A program made the translations under genes and the position numbers. A stretch of DNA of 64,000 bases from Utricularia gibba (Eukaryota; Plantae; Magnoliophyta). The notes under the pieces are model-generated. The model had not been told where the DNA came from. It made no database searches and saw nothing but the letters and a program-made list of their open reading frames with translations. Position 1 is the first letter of the stretch, and each line of letters begins with the position of its first letter. The DNA lies in assembly GCA_002189035.1 (NCBI GenBank), contig NEEC01000021.1:1116001-1180000 (forward strand). Direction: 5' to 3'. Below, piece by piece: positions 41,603 to 56,800 of the stretch.

Positions 41603-44501
41603 ATGCCGACGAGTCAATCGGAGTTGTCCACAGAGCAGGTGTGTTTCTTGATTAAGCGGTCGTTGGCAGAAACTATTGGTGGATTGTCCCTCTGTTTTTC
41701 AAGTTAGGATTTGCTTGTGTTTCCTTTCATACGTAATTGTGACAAGAGCTGGTGTTTGAAGGTTGTTTATTGGGGAAATGGGTCCATAAGTTGACAGTAT
41801 GATTTTCACATTTTGGTTTTTTGGTTAATTGAAGGTATTGAGGAGGGATATCCCATGGGAAACATATATGACGACGAAGCTGATAACAGGAACAGGGCTT
41901 CAGCTGCTGCGACGGTACGATAAGAAGCCCGAGAACTATAAGGCTCAGTTGCTTGATGAGGTAATCCTCCTGCTAATGTGTGTATTTGTGTGTGTGATCC
42001 AGCTTCCATAAGATTTAAATGGTCGATATTGTACGCTGATCCGTTTTGTATGCAATGAATATGTAACTTAGTTAAAATGTCGAATTTCCAGTTGGTGTTG
42101 GTAAATAGAGCAAATCCATCGAGAACCTAGAGAAAGTTTTCTGTTTTTCAGGATGGTCCATCTTATGTTCGCGTTTTCGTCAGCATTTTGCGTGACATAT
42201 TGAAGGAGGAAACTGTGGAGTACGTTTTGGCTTTGATTGATGAAATGCTTTCAGGTAAGTGATAACACTGGTGATGTTTCCAAGTTTTTGGGATGAATAG
42301 GCTGATCTGTTGAAATCTTTTACATTGCAGCAAACCGAAAGCGAGCAAGATTGTTTCATGATAAGGCTCTTTCTGATGAAAATGTATACGAACCTTTTCT
42401 GAGGCAATGATCTGCTATCTTAGACTGTGCATTCATTTGTTCCTTTCAATTTAAACTAGATCTTCTAATGTCTCTTCTCGATGGTATTGATCTGTTGATC
42501 AATGCTTAGTGTTATCAAGTAAAAAAAGAAAGGTAGTGTAGAATAATTGTTATTTTTCAAAGATGGTGTACTTTTAGAACCTTTTGGTGCCAATCATGGC
42601 CCTATGCGTTAGTGTTGTTTTCACTTATTCAAATGTCTCACCATTTAATATATGCAGATTGCTCTGGAAAGGTAACTGGTTTATACAAGAGAAGAGCTCT
42701 AAACTTCTTTCTCTGATAGTGAGGTAAAATGTATGGGATTATCCCTCCTTCACCTGTCTTTTCTCCCGACATCATTTTCTTGCTTCCAGTGAAAGACCAC
42801 AAATTGAGGATTTGGTTGTTGCAAATGGATCATCAAATTCAAAGAAAGCGATTACTACAATACCTGATGTTTTGAAGGGCCTAGTTGATTGGCTGTGCTC
42901 ACAGGTTTGCATTCCGTTATCTATTTATTTTTCTTGGTATGAAGGCTACTTTTCTTGAGACATCCCTACGTATAAAGCTTCACTAACTACAATTTGGCAC
43001 ATAGAATTCGTACAAGCACTCACATTTGAAAACTGGTAGAAACATCAAAAATTTCGGAATCCTAGTATCTTAGAGAATTATGAATATATTTTTGTCTCTG
43101 TTTCTTAAGTTGAGTGTATATTTTCTCCGGACAAGTCAACTGTACGAAAGATATGGATGATAATGGTCTAATTGATACGCATTGCATTTTGCACTTCGCA
43201 GCTGAGGAGTCCTAATTCTAGTCATGGCATACCAACTGCCATTAATTGCCTCGCAAATCTACTGAGAGAGCCTGAAGTGCGATCTTTGTTTGTGCAAGCA
43301 GATGGAGTAAAGTTGCTCATTCCTCTAATTTCTCCAGCATCAAGCCAACAATCTATTCAGGTAATATCAAGGATTTTGATAGGGGTCATTATGCCTGCAT
43401 GTGTCTGCACTCTACATGTAGTACATCAACTTTCTAAAACAAGTCCATGAGCCCCCTTTATCACAGCTCTTGTATGAGACCTGCCTTTGTGGCTGGCTAC
43501 TCTCGTACTATGAACCTGCAATTGGGTATTTGGCTACTTCAAAAGTCTTGCCACGATTAGTTGAAGTTATTAGAGGATCCACAAAAGAAAAGGTACTATT
43601 CTAGCCTTATTTGGTTATAATAATTGCATCAGTAATGGCCTACTATTTCTCTAGGATCTTTGTTTATTTTTTTTTCATCCCTCCATGACTCTGACCATTT
43701 AATCTCACTGTAGGTTGTAAGGGTGGTTATCTTGACTCTCAGAAATTTGTTACAAAAGGGCACATTCGGAGCTGACATGATTGAACTTGGGTTGCCACAG
43801 CTAATTCAGAACTTAAAAGCTCAGGCATGGAGCGATGAGGTGAAATGCTATTTTAAGCCGCAAATTCCCATAGTAGACGTTGTTTAGCACACAAGATTAG
43901 AGATTAGCCTGCCAAAAATAGGACCTTGGAGAGGGTCTCTGGAATATCCAATATCACTAACTACGTATTATTCTGAAGGATCTGCTTGAAGCTTTGAATC
44001 AAATGGAAGATGCACTCAAGGATAAAATCAAGAACCTCAGTTCTTTTGACAAGTATAAGCAGGATGTCCTCCTTGGCCGTCTAGATTGGTCACCTATGCA
44101 TAAGGATCCTGTATTCTGGCGTGAAAATGCTACATGCTTTGAAGAGCATGATTTTCAGGTAGAATCCTCCACCTACATAACACATGTACTGAGCTTCATC
44201 TGGCTTCTTGGCAAGATCATTCCTTCTAAGCTGATGCGTTGCGATCATGCAGATTTTAAGGGTCCTCATCACAATTTTGGACGCATCAACTGATCCCAGA
44301 ACACTGGCAGTAGCTTGCTTTGATCTGTCACAGTTCATCCAGTACCACCCTGCAGGGCGCATCATCCTGACTGATCTCAAAGCTAAAGAAAGAGTTATGA
44401 AGCTGATGAACCATGACAACTCCGAGGTTACTAAGAACGCTTTGCTCTGCATTCAAAGGCTGTTTCTGGGTGGTAAATATGCGAGCTTCATGCAGGCCTG
44501 A
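41603..44501 (+). CDS. VHA-H: V-type proton ATPase subunit H; multi-exon
   Basis: [12 protein letters not shown]|[94 protein letters not shown]. One GC-AG intron at 42404-42657. Confidence 0.96.
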
Positions 44502-45202
44502 TTGTTGGTTCCTGCAACTTGTTAATTTGTGGAAAAAAAGTGTGTGAAGTTTCCTTTCCACATACATTATATGTGTAACTCTGTGACAAGTTCCAAGGAA
44601 TAAGCTGAATTCTGTCATGTTCACACTGCTGGTGAAGGAGCACTGAGTTGCCTTTTCATTACAACTAAATGAATCTACTCATTTTCATAGACTTCATCAG
44701 AACTCATAGCATACCAGCGAAATGATGATGTATCATGCCAGCTTGGAACCAGTTATCAAAAATAGCAAACCAATGAGTCATTAGACACTTCTAAACCAAA
44801 CCGAAGCAAACCAAAAAGACTAACAGAACCGATATGCACGATACATTGTCCATGCCGCTAGCCGAACTTACCAAGTAAACACATACATTCACATGCAGTT
44901 TTGCTGCTAAACGAGCTCAAAAAATCAAAACAGATACAAAAAAATAAGCACCCTCCCGTACAAAATCATGCCGAGCATACACAACAAAATGCGATGCACA
45001 TTGTTCATATATCTCTAGAACTCGGGAGATGGGGTGCTTGAAGATTTAGACAGCCATCTTGATTCTTTTGAGGAGGATTCCCAGACAATCTAATATATCT
45101 GCTGAGAGACCTTTGCTACATCAAGTACAACCATAGTCAGAAGCATATGCAAGAACCAAGTACCTAAAAAGATGTATCTTGATCCCTCATCTGAGCACTG
45201 CT

Positions 45203-46857
45203 TTACTCGGCAATGCCAGGGCGTTGCAGGAGAGGCTGTGATGGAGGATCATCGTTCTCATGCGAGCAGATATCCAAATTAGATTTGGAGATAAAATGTG
45301 ATTGCTCTTTTGAGTCGAGGAACAGGCAGACCACTGCACAATCATCAATCTTTGCATTTGGATACTTGGATTTCCAAACCTTAATGGCAGAAGCAACCAC
45401 ACTACGAGCTGCGAGTGATCTTTTGGGGCAAGAACCAACAATCTTCACCACTTGCTCATTCGAGAGGACATCCCAGATCTAAGAAATGGAGGGCAAAACA
45501 GTCTGAATATTTCTTCACTTAAGGGACAACAGAATGAAAAAGAACTCATACCCCATCTGTTGCTAGGATCACGAGTTCATCCTTGTTGGAAATACACTTG
45601 CAAAGTATATCAGGCGTAGAAATAACACCAAAATCTTTGAGACAGAAATCTCCAAATGCACGGGTCATGGAAAGCCCTGGAGAGTTAGTTTTTGGCAGCC
45701 ACACTCGTTCAACATCAGGTTCATCCTTGAGTGCGAAAACACGTCCTTTACATTTCTTGATCCTCTCTTTTTCAACTACAGGAAGATGCTTCAAATTACT
45801 AGGAATCACCTAAATTTATGACAATAGGTACTAGTGGACGCATATCCAAAAGCCTAACCATGGTCATTGCAGCAAAAAGAACTCTTAAGATTATTATGGT
45901 TGTGGAGAAGCATACCTGGAATATTTGGTTTGAGATCCACTGTCAACTGGACTGCAATAAGTGAACCATTTACATCTCTGGTACCCAACACAGCCCTGGA
46001 GTCTCCAAGGTTTCCAATGATGAGATTTTGACCCTAAAAAAGATGGTAATTAGACCATACATAGTTTATAGATAAAGCACAACTCACAGGCTCTCAAAGT
46101 ACCTGTTTCACAAGAACAACTGCTGTTGTTCCACTGCAGAAACTGTTGATGTTTGTATAAGATTTCAATTCCTTGTCCATAGCTTTAAAAGCGTTTACAA
46201 AAGACTCTTTCAACGTTTGAAACCACTCAGAAGGCTTTATACATTCTCCGGCATCAATGGAAGGTCTCACTTCAACATTAAACAAAGAAGCACTTTTGGT
46301 TGGACTTAGCCTGATCTCAGATTGTGTGTTATCGGCCTTTTCAATAATTTCCCAGTGTTCATTCAGTTTCTGAGGAAGAGAATCCCTAACGCACCTTGCA
46401 ACCATATGACCATAAGGTCCATGCCCATCAAAAACCGAACAGAGAACAGTTCCAGCCCTTGAACAAAAGTTCTGAAAATAAATCAATAAGAGTTTCTTGA
46501 ACCTCATATGCAATGTAAGGCCCAAGTTTACATCCGCATCATCATGATCCTCGAGCAACTAGAACAAACTGTCGATTATAAAGTCAAGCAAAAGTGAAAA
46601 GAGCTAACCTCCCAAACAATCATTGCATCTTGATTGATTCCTTTCTTGCCTTGCAAAGTAAAGAGTGAGGCAATGTCACTGGAGCCATTCAAAAACATCC
46701 GCCCAGGAAGCTTGTGCAACAATAACTCCTCCCTTCTGAAGTCGTAGGCTGAATTCAGAGGTTCCACTTTCCTGCTGCGGCCTCCCTTCTTGTTGCTAGA
46801 AGTTCTTGGAGAATCTGGAACGGGATTTCTACCTTCATTTGACAAGCAGGACCTTAT
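45203..46857 (-). CDS. Protein phosphatase 2C, clade E-like; canonical start codon missing (ATA at the MGSC position), true start uncertain
   Basis: GRMFLNGSS..ASLFTLQGKKGINQDAMIVWE, VFDGHGPYGH, SGTTAV, GNLGDSRAVLG, GLSMTRAFGDFCLKDFG, LATDG, DDCAVVCLFL. Confidence 0.88.
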
Positions 46858-48162
46858 CCTGAAGGCCCTGACGATCTTCACTAGGCAATCCAGCCCGGGA
46901 AGCCAGTCATACCACCTATTTTCGGAGTGGGAACCCGTGACATAGGCACAGTTAGCATGTATGTCACAGTTAGCAATGTCACAAGTTATTTGGAATCAAA
47001 CCATCCAACTGTCAGTCAATAAGCACTACAAATGAAAGCATGAACATATCGACGGACGCTTTTGTCCTAAACAGGCTTTTTTCCAACCTCTTGTGCTCAC
47101 CCAAAAACTACAACAAACGCCTTCTCGGCATCATGAAAGAAAATGCATCTCAAACTTTACTCAGCGGGTATTAACAGCGCAACCCCCTTGCGCAATCCAT
47201 CGAAGAAGACAACACCCACAACTAAAGAAGCAAGAAAATACATGCCTTGCAATCATACTTGCAACAGCAATAACAATCAAAGATTAAAAGCAGAAAATGG
47301 AGCGAGAACTCTAGAAACCCACTTCGCAGAAGCCTCCTCATCCGGGTTAACAATCATGCCAACAGAGTATCAGGACCCAGAAGGTTAAGGCGCTAAAGAA
47401 GCGTTCTTCGCGCCTCCGGCTCAATGACTCGGCGAAGAAATCAAATGAGCAAAGCACCCCTTGATCAAATCCTCTGGTCACAAATTACCATAGCAAAGAA
47501 AGATGATTGACTCAATCAAAGGAAGCAGAGAATGATGACCGCAGCGAAGGAATCGCAACACGGCTTCCTTGTATTCTTCGTTTCTTCTTTTTCGAGAAAA
47601 GCGTCCTAAAATATTTCCAACCACACCAAAATCTGATCTTTTCCCTTTTTTTGAGTCCACTACAAAATCCATAGTATCTCGACAACAAAAAAGACAACAG
47701 AAGCACTGTATGTCCCAGATATACAACTCACATCTACGGTGTACTACTAAAAAAAACATACTTGGGTCAAAAGAAAACATCTACAGTGTACTTCTCATCT
47801 CATCTCCCACTTCGGAAAATCTGCTCCAGTTTCCGCATTAATTACACTGCAGTCAGAGATCATTCGGGAATTAGGAGAGATGAGGTCATCATCCTAAAAT
47901 CAACTTCCGACTCAAAACCTAACAATTTGGGAATTTTATTCCTGAAACCTATTTTTAGATTTCCTAATAAAAAAATTACATTCGATATATAAATATTTAT
48001 AAAAATCCAAAATACCTATAAAGTAATTAAAAGACATAATTAAAAAACCATAATTTATAGAAATTAAATATCGTTTTAATGTATATTTGAAAAAAAAAGT
48101 CAAACAGCACAAGCTGGTGTGGTACATTATCGAACTCAGGAGGCAGAGAAGATGGAAGTGAT

Positions 48163-49909
<1,747 letters not shown>

Positions 49910-50334
49910 TCAAGATTAAAACACCCAAGGAAGCATGGTGACGGCGCACGCTTCACTTGACCGAACAGGGGGTAGTCATCGCTTGGATTTTTCCACTTTT
50001 CTCACCACACCTACCGCATGGGCTGGGTTGATGATTTGGTCACCGGCTGTTTCTTCTTCAACTTTACAGATGATACCCAATTGCATCTGTTAGCATATTC
50101 TTCTGGTAGAATCTCCGACAAGAAAGCCCAATATACCCAAAGTAGAAAGGCCCAGCCCGAGTAAAGTAAAAAAGGCCCAGTACGTGCGATTTTTAAAGAG
50201 CTTTTCCAGGTTCCTTCTTCCTCCTCAGGGTGGAGTGATTTGCGGGATTGTTTGATGTTGAGTTCGTTATAGTTAGGTTTTAGTGTAGAGTAGAAGCCCT
50301 TTTCGCTAAGTTTCTTTCTGTTAGTTGATAGAGA
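49910..50334. promoter_or_regulatory. 425-nt head-to-head (probably bidirectional) promoter between IDI and SIN2 with four site II motifs
   Basis: TGGGCT 50019-50024, AGCCCA 50125-50130, GGCCCA 50149-50154 and GGCCCA 50174-50179. Confidence 0.6.
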
Positions 50335-52277
50335 ATGATGAAGAAGGTATCCATCGGTGAAATGGGTTTCATCAGGGGCGGCGGGAACGTCAACTGGTTC
50401 CCCGGTCACATGGCGGCCGCCACGCGGGCCATCCGAGACCGGCTCAAACTCTCCGACCTGGTTATCGAAGTTCGTGATGCCCGTGTAAGTGATGTGCCGA
50501 TGTACCTATAGTCTCGTCATAAGATTTCTTTCATTTTCGCCGCGTATGTCACTCATTGGGCTGAATTTTGTTGTGCATTTAGTGATTTCTTGTGGAATGA
50601 AAAAATGAGTTCTTGCTGAAAACTGTGTGCAGATACCATTGTCGTCTGCCAATCAGGAGTTGCAGCCGACGCTGGCTGACAAGAGGAGGGTTATTGCATT
50701 CAACAAGAAAGATTTGGCCAATCCCAACATTCTTCACGTAATTTAACAATAATTACACTGTTAAATATAGTTCGAGTTTGCGTTGCCACCCCTTTTTGCT
50801 GTTGTGTTCTTATATTTACTACTGTTGTGATTTCTTTAGCTTCTGAATCTTGCCATTCTGGAGTGCTAACTCCAATTTAAAAGATGTGTTTATGCAGAAA
50901 TGGGTACGCCATTTTGAATCTTGCAAACAAGATTGCCTTTCCATTAACGCTCATAGTAGAAGCTCTGTTAGTAAGGTTGGTTGGGTTTATTTTTCATCTA
51001 CAAATTCGTGTTTATGCTTTGATTTATGTGCAACACCTCCTAGTTCACATTTTTAGCTTCAGATTTTGGTTCTTTCTGACTTGGTGCTTGTGCCAAGCTT
51101 CTCGAGCTTGTTGAGTTCAAATTGAAGGAAGTTATAGCCAGAGAACCGACTCTGCTTGTCATGGTTGTGGGTGTTCCAAATGTTGGGAAGTCAGCTTTGA
51201 TTAATTCAATTCATCGGATAGCATCCATTAGATTTCCTGGTTAGAAATTCACTTACAAGATGCCTGCTTTTGGTCTTCATGCCAAGGATAATGGTTCTAT
51301 TTCAATCGTAGCGCAGGAGAAAAACAAGCGAGCCGTAGTTGGGCCTTTACCAGGAGTCACTCAAGATATTGCTGGATTTCAGGTATGCTGTAGGCAGCAC
51401 AAGAATAAAACAAGAGGGAAATGCTAATGGTTTAGCACTTTGATAGTATGATTCACATACACTTGCTGACATAGATTGCCCACCATCCGAGCATATATGT
51501 GTTGGATACACCTGGGGTGCTGGTTCCTAGTATCCGTGACATTGAAACCGGGCTAAAGCTAGCCGCAGCAGGTTCATTCACCCTCCTCCTAAATTTCATA
51601 TAGTTGATGAGCGAGTGAATGTTATCTTACATCTCTTCAAATTGTGCCCCTTAGGCAGCATATGACAAAATAGTTTCATAGTGTGTATAGCTAGATGCAC
51701 TATAGAATGTGGTAGAAACTCCCATCAGTGAATTCCCTTACAATGGTAACTTGAACAATCTATGCAGGTTCAGTTAAGGACTCAGTTGTGGGTGAAGAGC
51801 GGATTGCTCAATATTTACTGGCTGTTCTCAACACACGAGGCACTCCCCTTCATTGGAGGAGCAACCGTTTGAACCGTGAAACCGAAAGTCCTGCAAGTAG
51901 CTTTGGTGGGGAAGCAAAAACAAGTCAGAAATCTCCTGCCAATCCTTCTCATTCTCACTACATACAGGTAACCACGACCACCAACATTGCAAAAAGGCCA
52001 GTTTTTTTGCTCATTCATGTGAGCATCACAGGACGTCGTGGCGAATGTCCAAAGTGCACTCTGTGCAACATCATCGGAGTTCAATGGAAACTTGGAGGAT
52101 GAATGTGACCTGGGAAAGCTGATTGACCTGCAGTTTGAAGCGCTACAGAAGGCACTGAAAGTGCCTCAATCAAGCTCAGAGGCTCGGCTCATAGTATCCA
52201 GGAAGTTGGTTGCATTGTTCAGAGCAGGAAAGCTTGGGCCCTTTATTCTAGATGATGTGCCTGAATCTGCTCTTTGA
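50335..52277 (+). CDS. SIN2: Circularly permuted RbgA/YlqF-family GTPase, SHORT INTEGUMENTS 2 type (mitochondrial ribosome assembly)
   Basis: [45 protein letters not shown] (G4), VVGVPNVGKS (G1), GVTQD, LDTPGVL (G3), GSVKDSVVGEERIAQY, GKLGPFILDDVP. Confidence 0.93.
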
Positions 52278-52520
52278 TTCCTTCTTTCCCTTGTCTTCTT
52301 ACAGTGTTGGGATATGGCTTCCACTTTTAAGACAAGTAAATGGGACTTTAGGGGAACAGTTGTCTGTAAGGCTTACGATGATGTTGTGTTGCACTAGTGA
52401 AACAAACCAAAAGAATGTCTCAAGGAATCTCAGCCGTACATAAGGGAGCATTACACGCAGCGGCTATCTGTGAGTTCCATGAGACGGCAGAGACTGTTCC
52501 TCCAGGTCATCCACAGCCAC

Positions 52521-54473
52521 TCAAGAGATCGAGAACCTACGCCGCCGTGGCTTGGCGCCCTCCGGCCGGGATTCGGTGATCTGCAGCGTGTCCTTTGATC
52601 CCTGCTTGAACGGGTTCAGTTTACCCAGTTTCTTCGACATCGATGAGAAGAAGGTATTCTTCTTGGACGTCGACCCCTGACTCTTCGTGTTGATTTCATC
52701 GATGTAAATCTTCATTTTCAGCAGCTCCGACCTCAGCTCCTCGTTCTCCTTCACCAGCGATGAGTCCGCCTGAGCTCGCACCCGCGTCGTCGTCGCGTCC
52801 GATCCGAAATCGTCCTTGCCGCTCCGGAGTTGCAGCTTGTCGTAGTAGAGAGCATGGAGGACGACTTGAACGGGGAGACGCTTGTTCTGTGACGCGTGGA
52901 GACGCGCTTCGTGTGAGAGTCGCAGGGGATCCATGGTGCTGCACACCTTTTCTCTCTCGATTTCGTCCAGGTTCGGATGCGCCTGTTGTCAATTGCCGAT
53001 CGGAAAATCAGAAATGGAATCGAGTGGGAGATCCTAGAAGCTCGGAGAATGGAAATGACCTTGAGGAAGATGTCAATGGCTCTGTAGAGGTCATCGTCGA
53101 CTTTTCTCGCCATCTTCGGGATCAGATTCGCGATTTCTTTGAACTTGGAAAGGGTGAGTTCTTCGCAGGGAGCAATTTCTCCGAGGTACGTATCCAGAGT
53201 TTTGGCGATGCGCTGTACTGCGGGGGAGCAAACTTCCCGGAAATCGCCGACGTTGAAGACCTCCACGCTCTTCTCCTTCTCCACGTAACTGGATATGATT
53301 CGCTTCACGCTATCAAGATCGAAGAGCCTCTCGCCGTCGTAGGAGGAGATGGTTAACAGATCATCTACGGTGGCTTGATCCAAGACGGCGGAGATCCGTG
53401 ATTCGAGTTCCTTCTTGCACTTTGCATCCGCCTTCAGGACGATCGCCGTCCGGAGGAGGCAACAGAGGAAGCTTATGTGGAAGGCTGTTTTCTCTGGTGG
53501 TAGTATCGCGACTATGGACTCGACGAACTCGAGTTGAGCTGCTCGGATTTCCGATCCCGCAGACCGCGTTCCCGGACTGTGGATCACGATGTCCTGGAGC
53601 GTTTTCTCTGTGTAGGTTATTATCGCGCTGGCTATTGTGAGTCCTTTTGCTCCTCTCAGCTTCATCGCCGTCATGATCCTCTTGAAGAAGGACACCTTGA
53701 GGACGGTGAGCTCCTGTGTCCACCAATTCGGCGGCGATCTGCTCGGAAAATTCGCCTCCACACACGCCTGAAAAGCCAGAGAACTCAGAAACAATCCGAG
53801 AAGAAGACACAAATGAAGTTAAAAGACGGATAACTACCTTGGCGCTGGCGACTTCAACGCATCTCTGCACGATCTTAATATCCTCAGCGATCGGTAGAAG
53901 ATCTTCGCAGGATTTGAGGACAACGATGGCTCCGGAGAGCGTCCCCAAGGCGACCTGAGAAATGAAATCCTCCGTCCTGCTGGCGAGATTGCCGCTGCAA
54001 AACTTGTCCGTCATCTGCAAATACTCCGCCGCACACCGCAGCGCCGCAACGTTATGCACCGTGATCTCGAAGTTGACACCATAGCAGAATTTCGCCGCCT
54101 TCTCAAAAATCTCCGGTCCACCGGGGACTTCCGTCAAGTCTATTCTGGTCAGATCGGATTCCTTCGATTCCAGAATCAGTTTCCTCATCAGATTACTCTT
54201 CGCCACAAGCATGAACTGCCAAAGAAGAACCAGATCAACACACAAGCCCACCAAAACACAGAGAAAACTGGCTCACTCACACTCCTCCTACCTTGTGGAG
54301 ACAGAAATTGGCTTCCCCAACTTCAACAACAACATCAGTTGGGATTTCTTGAGAGAAGACCCTGTTGCAGAAAGAGTGAGAAGCAGAAACACAGAAGCAG
54401 TGAGAATCAAAGTGGGGAACAGAAGAAACCATTGGCCAGTTCTCTCCATGGCGTTGCTGTGCCTTCCAGACAT
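52521..54473 (-). CDS. RPT2: ROOT PHOTOTROPISM 2 (BTB/POZ-NPH3, NRL family); 5 exons
   Basis: ERTGQW|VFSQEIPTDVVVEVGEANFCLHK|FMLVAKSN...PGGPEIFEKAAKFCYGVNFEITV, PPNWWTQEL, DDDLYRAIDIFLK|AHPNLDEIEREKVCSTMDP, ASQNKRLP, RRRRFSIS*. Matches AtRPT2 as recalled. Confidence 0.92.
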
Positions 54474-56253
54474 CCCTGTAAAGCTGTAGCGGGTGGATTA
54501 CCACCTCTTGTGTAATTATATAGAAAGCCCTCTTCTTTGGCAGCTCATACGACCACCTTCCTATCCTATGTGCTGCCCCATCCTGGTTTTGCGATACTAC
54601 TCATCCCTGTCCCACAATCGCCTGGATCAGTTCTATGTTTCGCACCAGATGGCTCCAAATCCACCCATTAGCCACCCCTCCGGCTCAAACCGTAGTTGGG
54701 AAACATGGGCTCTGTGGCTCCCACGCCCCCTCTAACCCAAAGGTAGCTCATGCTCCTCTCTTGTCTTGGGACTCTACATTGGCCCTTATTTTGTCTGTTC
54801 TATCAAAATATGCTTACTTTTAGAGTTCTGATTGTATTGCTTCTACTGTAACGAAAACTTCTATAAACGGGGATTGCGGTTCATGAGGTTGGTCCCAAAC
54901 CAGGACCGGTATCCGGAATGAATGGAGGGCAAGGGGCATTTGTCGCGGACCTTGGGAGAGCGACCTAAGGATGCGATTTCACTTGGCGTACCGAATGCAC
55001 ACAGAAGTATTGGTTAATTAGGAAACTATGATGGACATCTTTAGTATGAGTTGATCCACACCACGAATTTAGAACCGAAACCGCAAAAGCGTAAGATCCC
55101 GGTTTCCATACACCAAATTTGTTACAAATGATGAAATAGATGTAATTAAATCTCTCGAATATTATACAATATCTTTTTTTTGTTATAAGAATAAAACGTA
55201 AAATTATGAGAATTGAGCGATCAAAATAAATACTAAAAGGATATTTGATAATATAATATATAATATTTATATCTAAATACATATGTATCGCTATTTAATT
55301 GACTAATATATAGTTATAACACTCATATACTCATTTTTTGAGTATATAAATAGTATATACAAATATAGAAAGAAGAGGGGAAAACAATTATATATATCAC
55401 TTGTATAATTAGATTTTTATTTTCGAATAACGTTATATATAATTTAGTATAGATATAATCAATTATACTATAATTGAACATATTAATACCTCTAAATACA
55501 AGATGAGTTTGGCCGCCAAATTGTTTGGCAATTGATTATTAGATGAATCGCATGGTTTGGTTTTCGAACTCGAGCATTCTCTAGTCAAATCACCAAATTA
55601 GGCATTCCTTAATCCGGTTTCCGGCTCATCCATCCGAAAGCCTGGAACCGCATGCTCCCGGAGGCAACGGGGCCCCGGCGGAGGCTCAGCCACAAGGGTT
55701 CACGTCGAGGGCCAGGGCCCAGGCCATGGGAGCCACTGGAAACGTGTGGCGTGGGGTTTTTCTTGCCGGCATGTGGAGTCCGATTTGCCACGTCGCGCCA
55801 GACCAATAAACCATCCCGAGAAGAAAACAAGAATGATGATCGGTGTCCGCCTCAGTTTTCTATGTTGCTGTAAGAACACAAAAGGGATTTTGATGATGAG
55901 GTGGTAGGGTTAAAAGCACATGCAAGTTGCGGATTTAGGCCTCGTTCTCCCCATGTTGCATGTCGATCCGTACGGATGGGTGTAAAGTTCAATCCGCTTG
56001 AAACACATTGAGATCAGATTCATAATTAAAATGAATCATATCATAAAATAATATGCTAAAATTATACAGTTATATCATGATATCCTAGAATGATTTTAAT
56101 TTGTTTTAAAAAAATTATTTTTATAAATATTTTAAAGTGTTATTAAAAAAGTTTCAACCTAAGTACACAATTAAATTTAAGAATGTGTTCAACTTGCTTT
56201 TAAAAAACAACGCTTTTAAATCTCAGTTTGTTATTTTATTTAAAATTTATTAA

Positions 56254-56515
56254 TTTAAATTATATCATGTACTGATAATTTTAATTGTGCTTTTAATTTT
56301 TATTAAATATTATAATTGAGATAAGGATGGAATCCACATCTACAAGAGTGGAAGTTGGGAATCCAATCAGCCAATGCCAATTATCCACGTAGTGGCGGAC
56401 TGATTTTTCAGCCAATGACAATTTATCAATGATTATTTTAATTATTTTTTAAAAACTTGGCCCTTGGGAATCGACACGGTCAACGAGAGTGCAGCCACAT
56501 TACAAAAACATATTA
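56254..56515 (+). repeat. Copy 1 of a diverged direct repeat (copy 2 at 59716-59922)
   Basis: Collinear blocks shared with copy 2: aattatatcatgt(a/g)ctgataa, attataattgagata..gatggaatc, gggaatcca(a/g)tcagc, ctgattttt(c).gccaatgacaatttatc, cggtcaa(c)gagagtg.ag.cacattacaaaaa. Confidence 0.85.
56371..56389 (+). promoter_or_regulatory. ERSE-like motif CCAAT-N9-CCACG
   Basis: ccaat-gccaattat-ccacg is an exact consensus match; function untested. Confidence 0.4.
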
Positions 56516-56800
56516 TAAGGAGAAAACTATTATTCATCATTGATGATCATTATAATCGACAATTATTATTTTAAAATCAATAATTAATATTTTTAGTAAG
56601 AGAAAACTCTAATTTTTACTTGAATCAAATATGCTCAATTTTCAAATAATAAAGATCAAATAATAGTGATAAAAAAAAACCAAAATAAAAAAACATTGAA
56701 CATTAATTTTTCAAACTTTAAGTTGATGTTTGATAGATAATTTAAGATTTTAACTATATGGTTTAAGATAAAATGTACTTTACGGTATTAAATTTAAAAT

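Noticed and set aside
52696-54515. Several 75-300 aa ORFs overlapping RPT2
   Set aside because: Alternative-frame or antisense shadows of RPT2 exons, with intron read-through.
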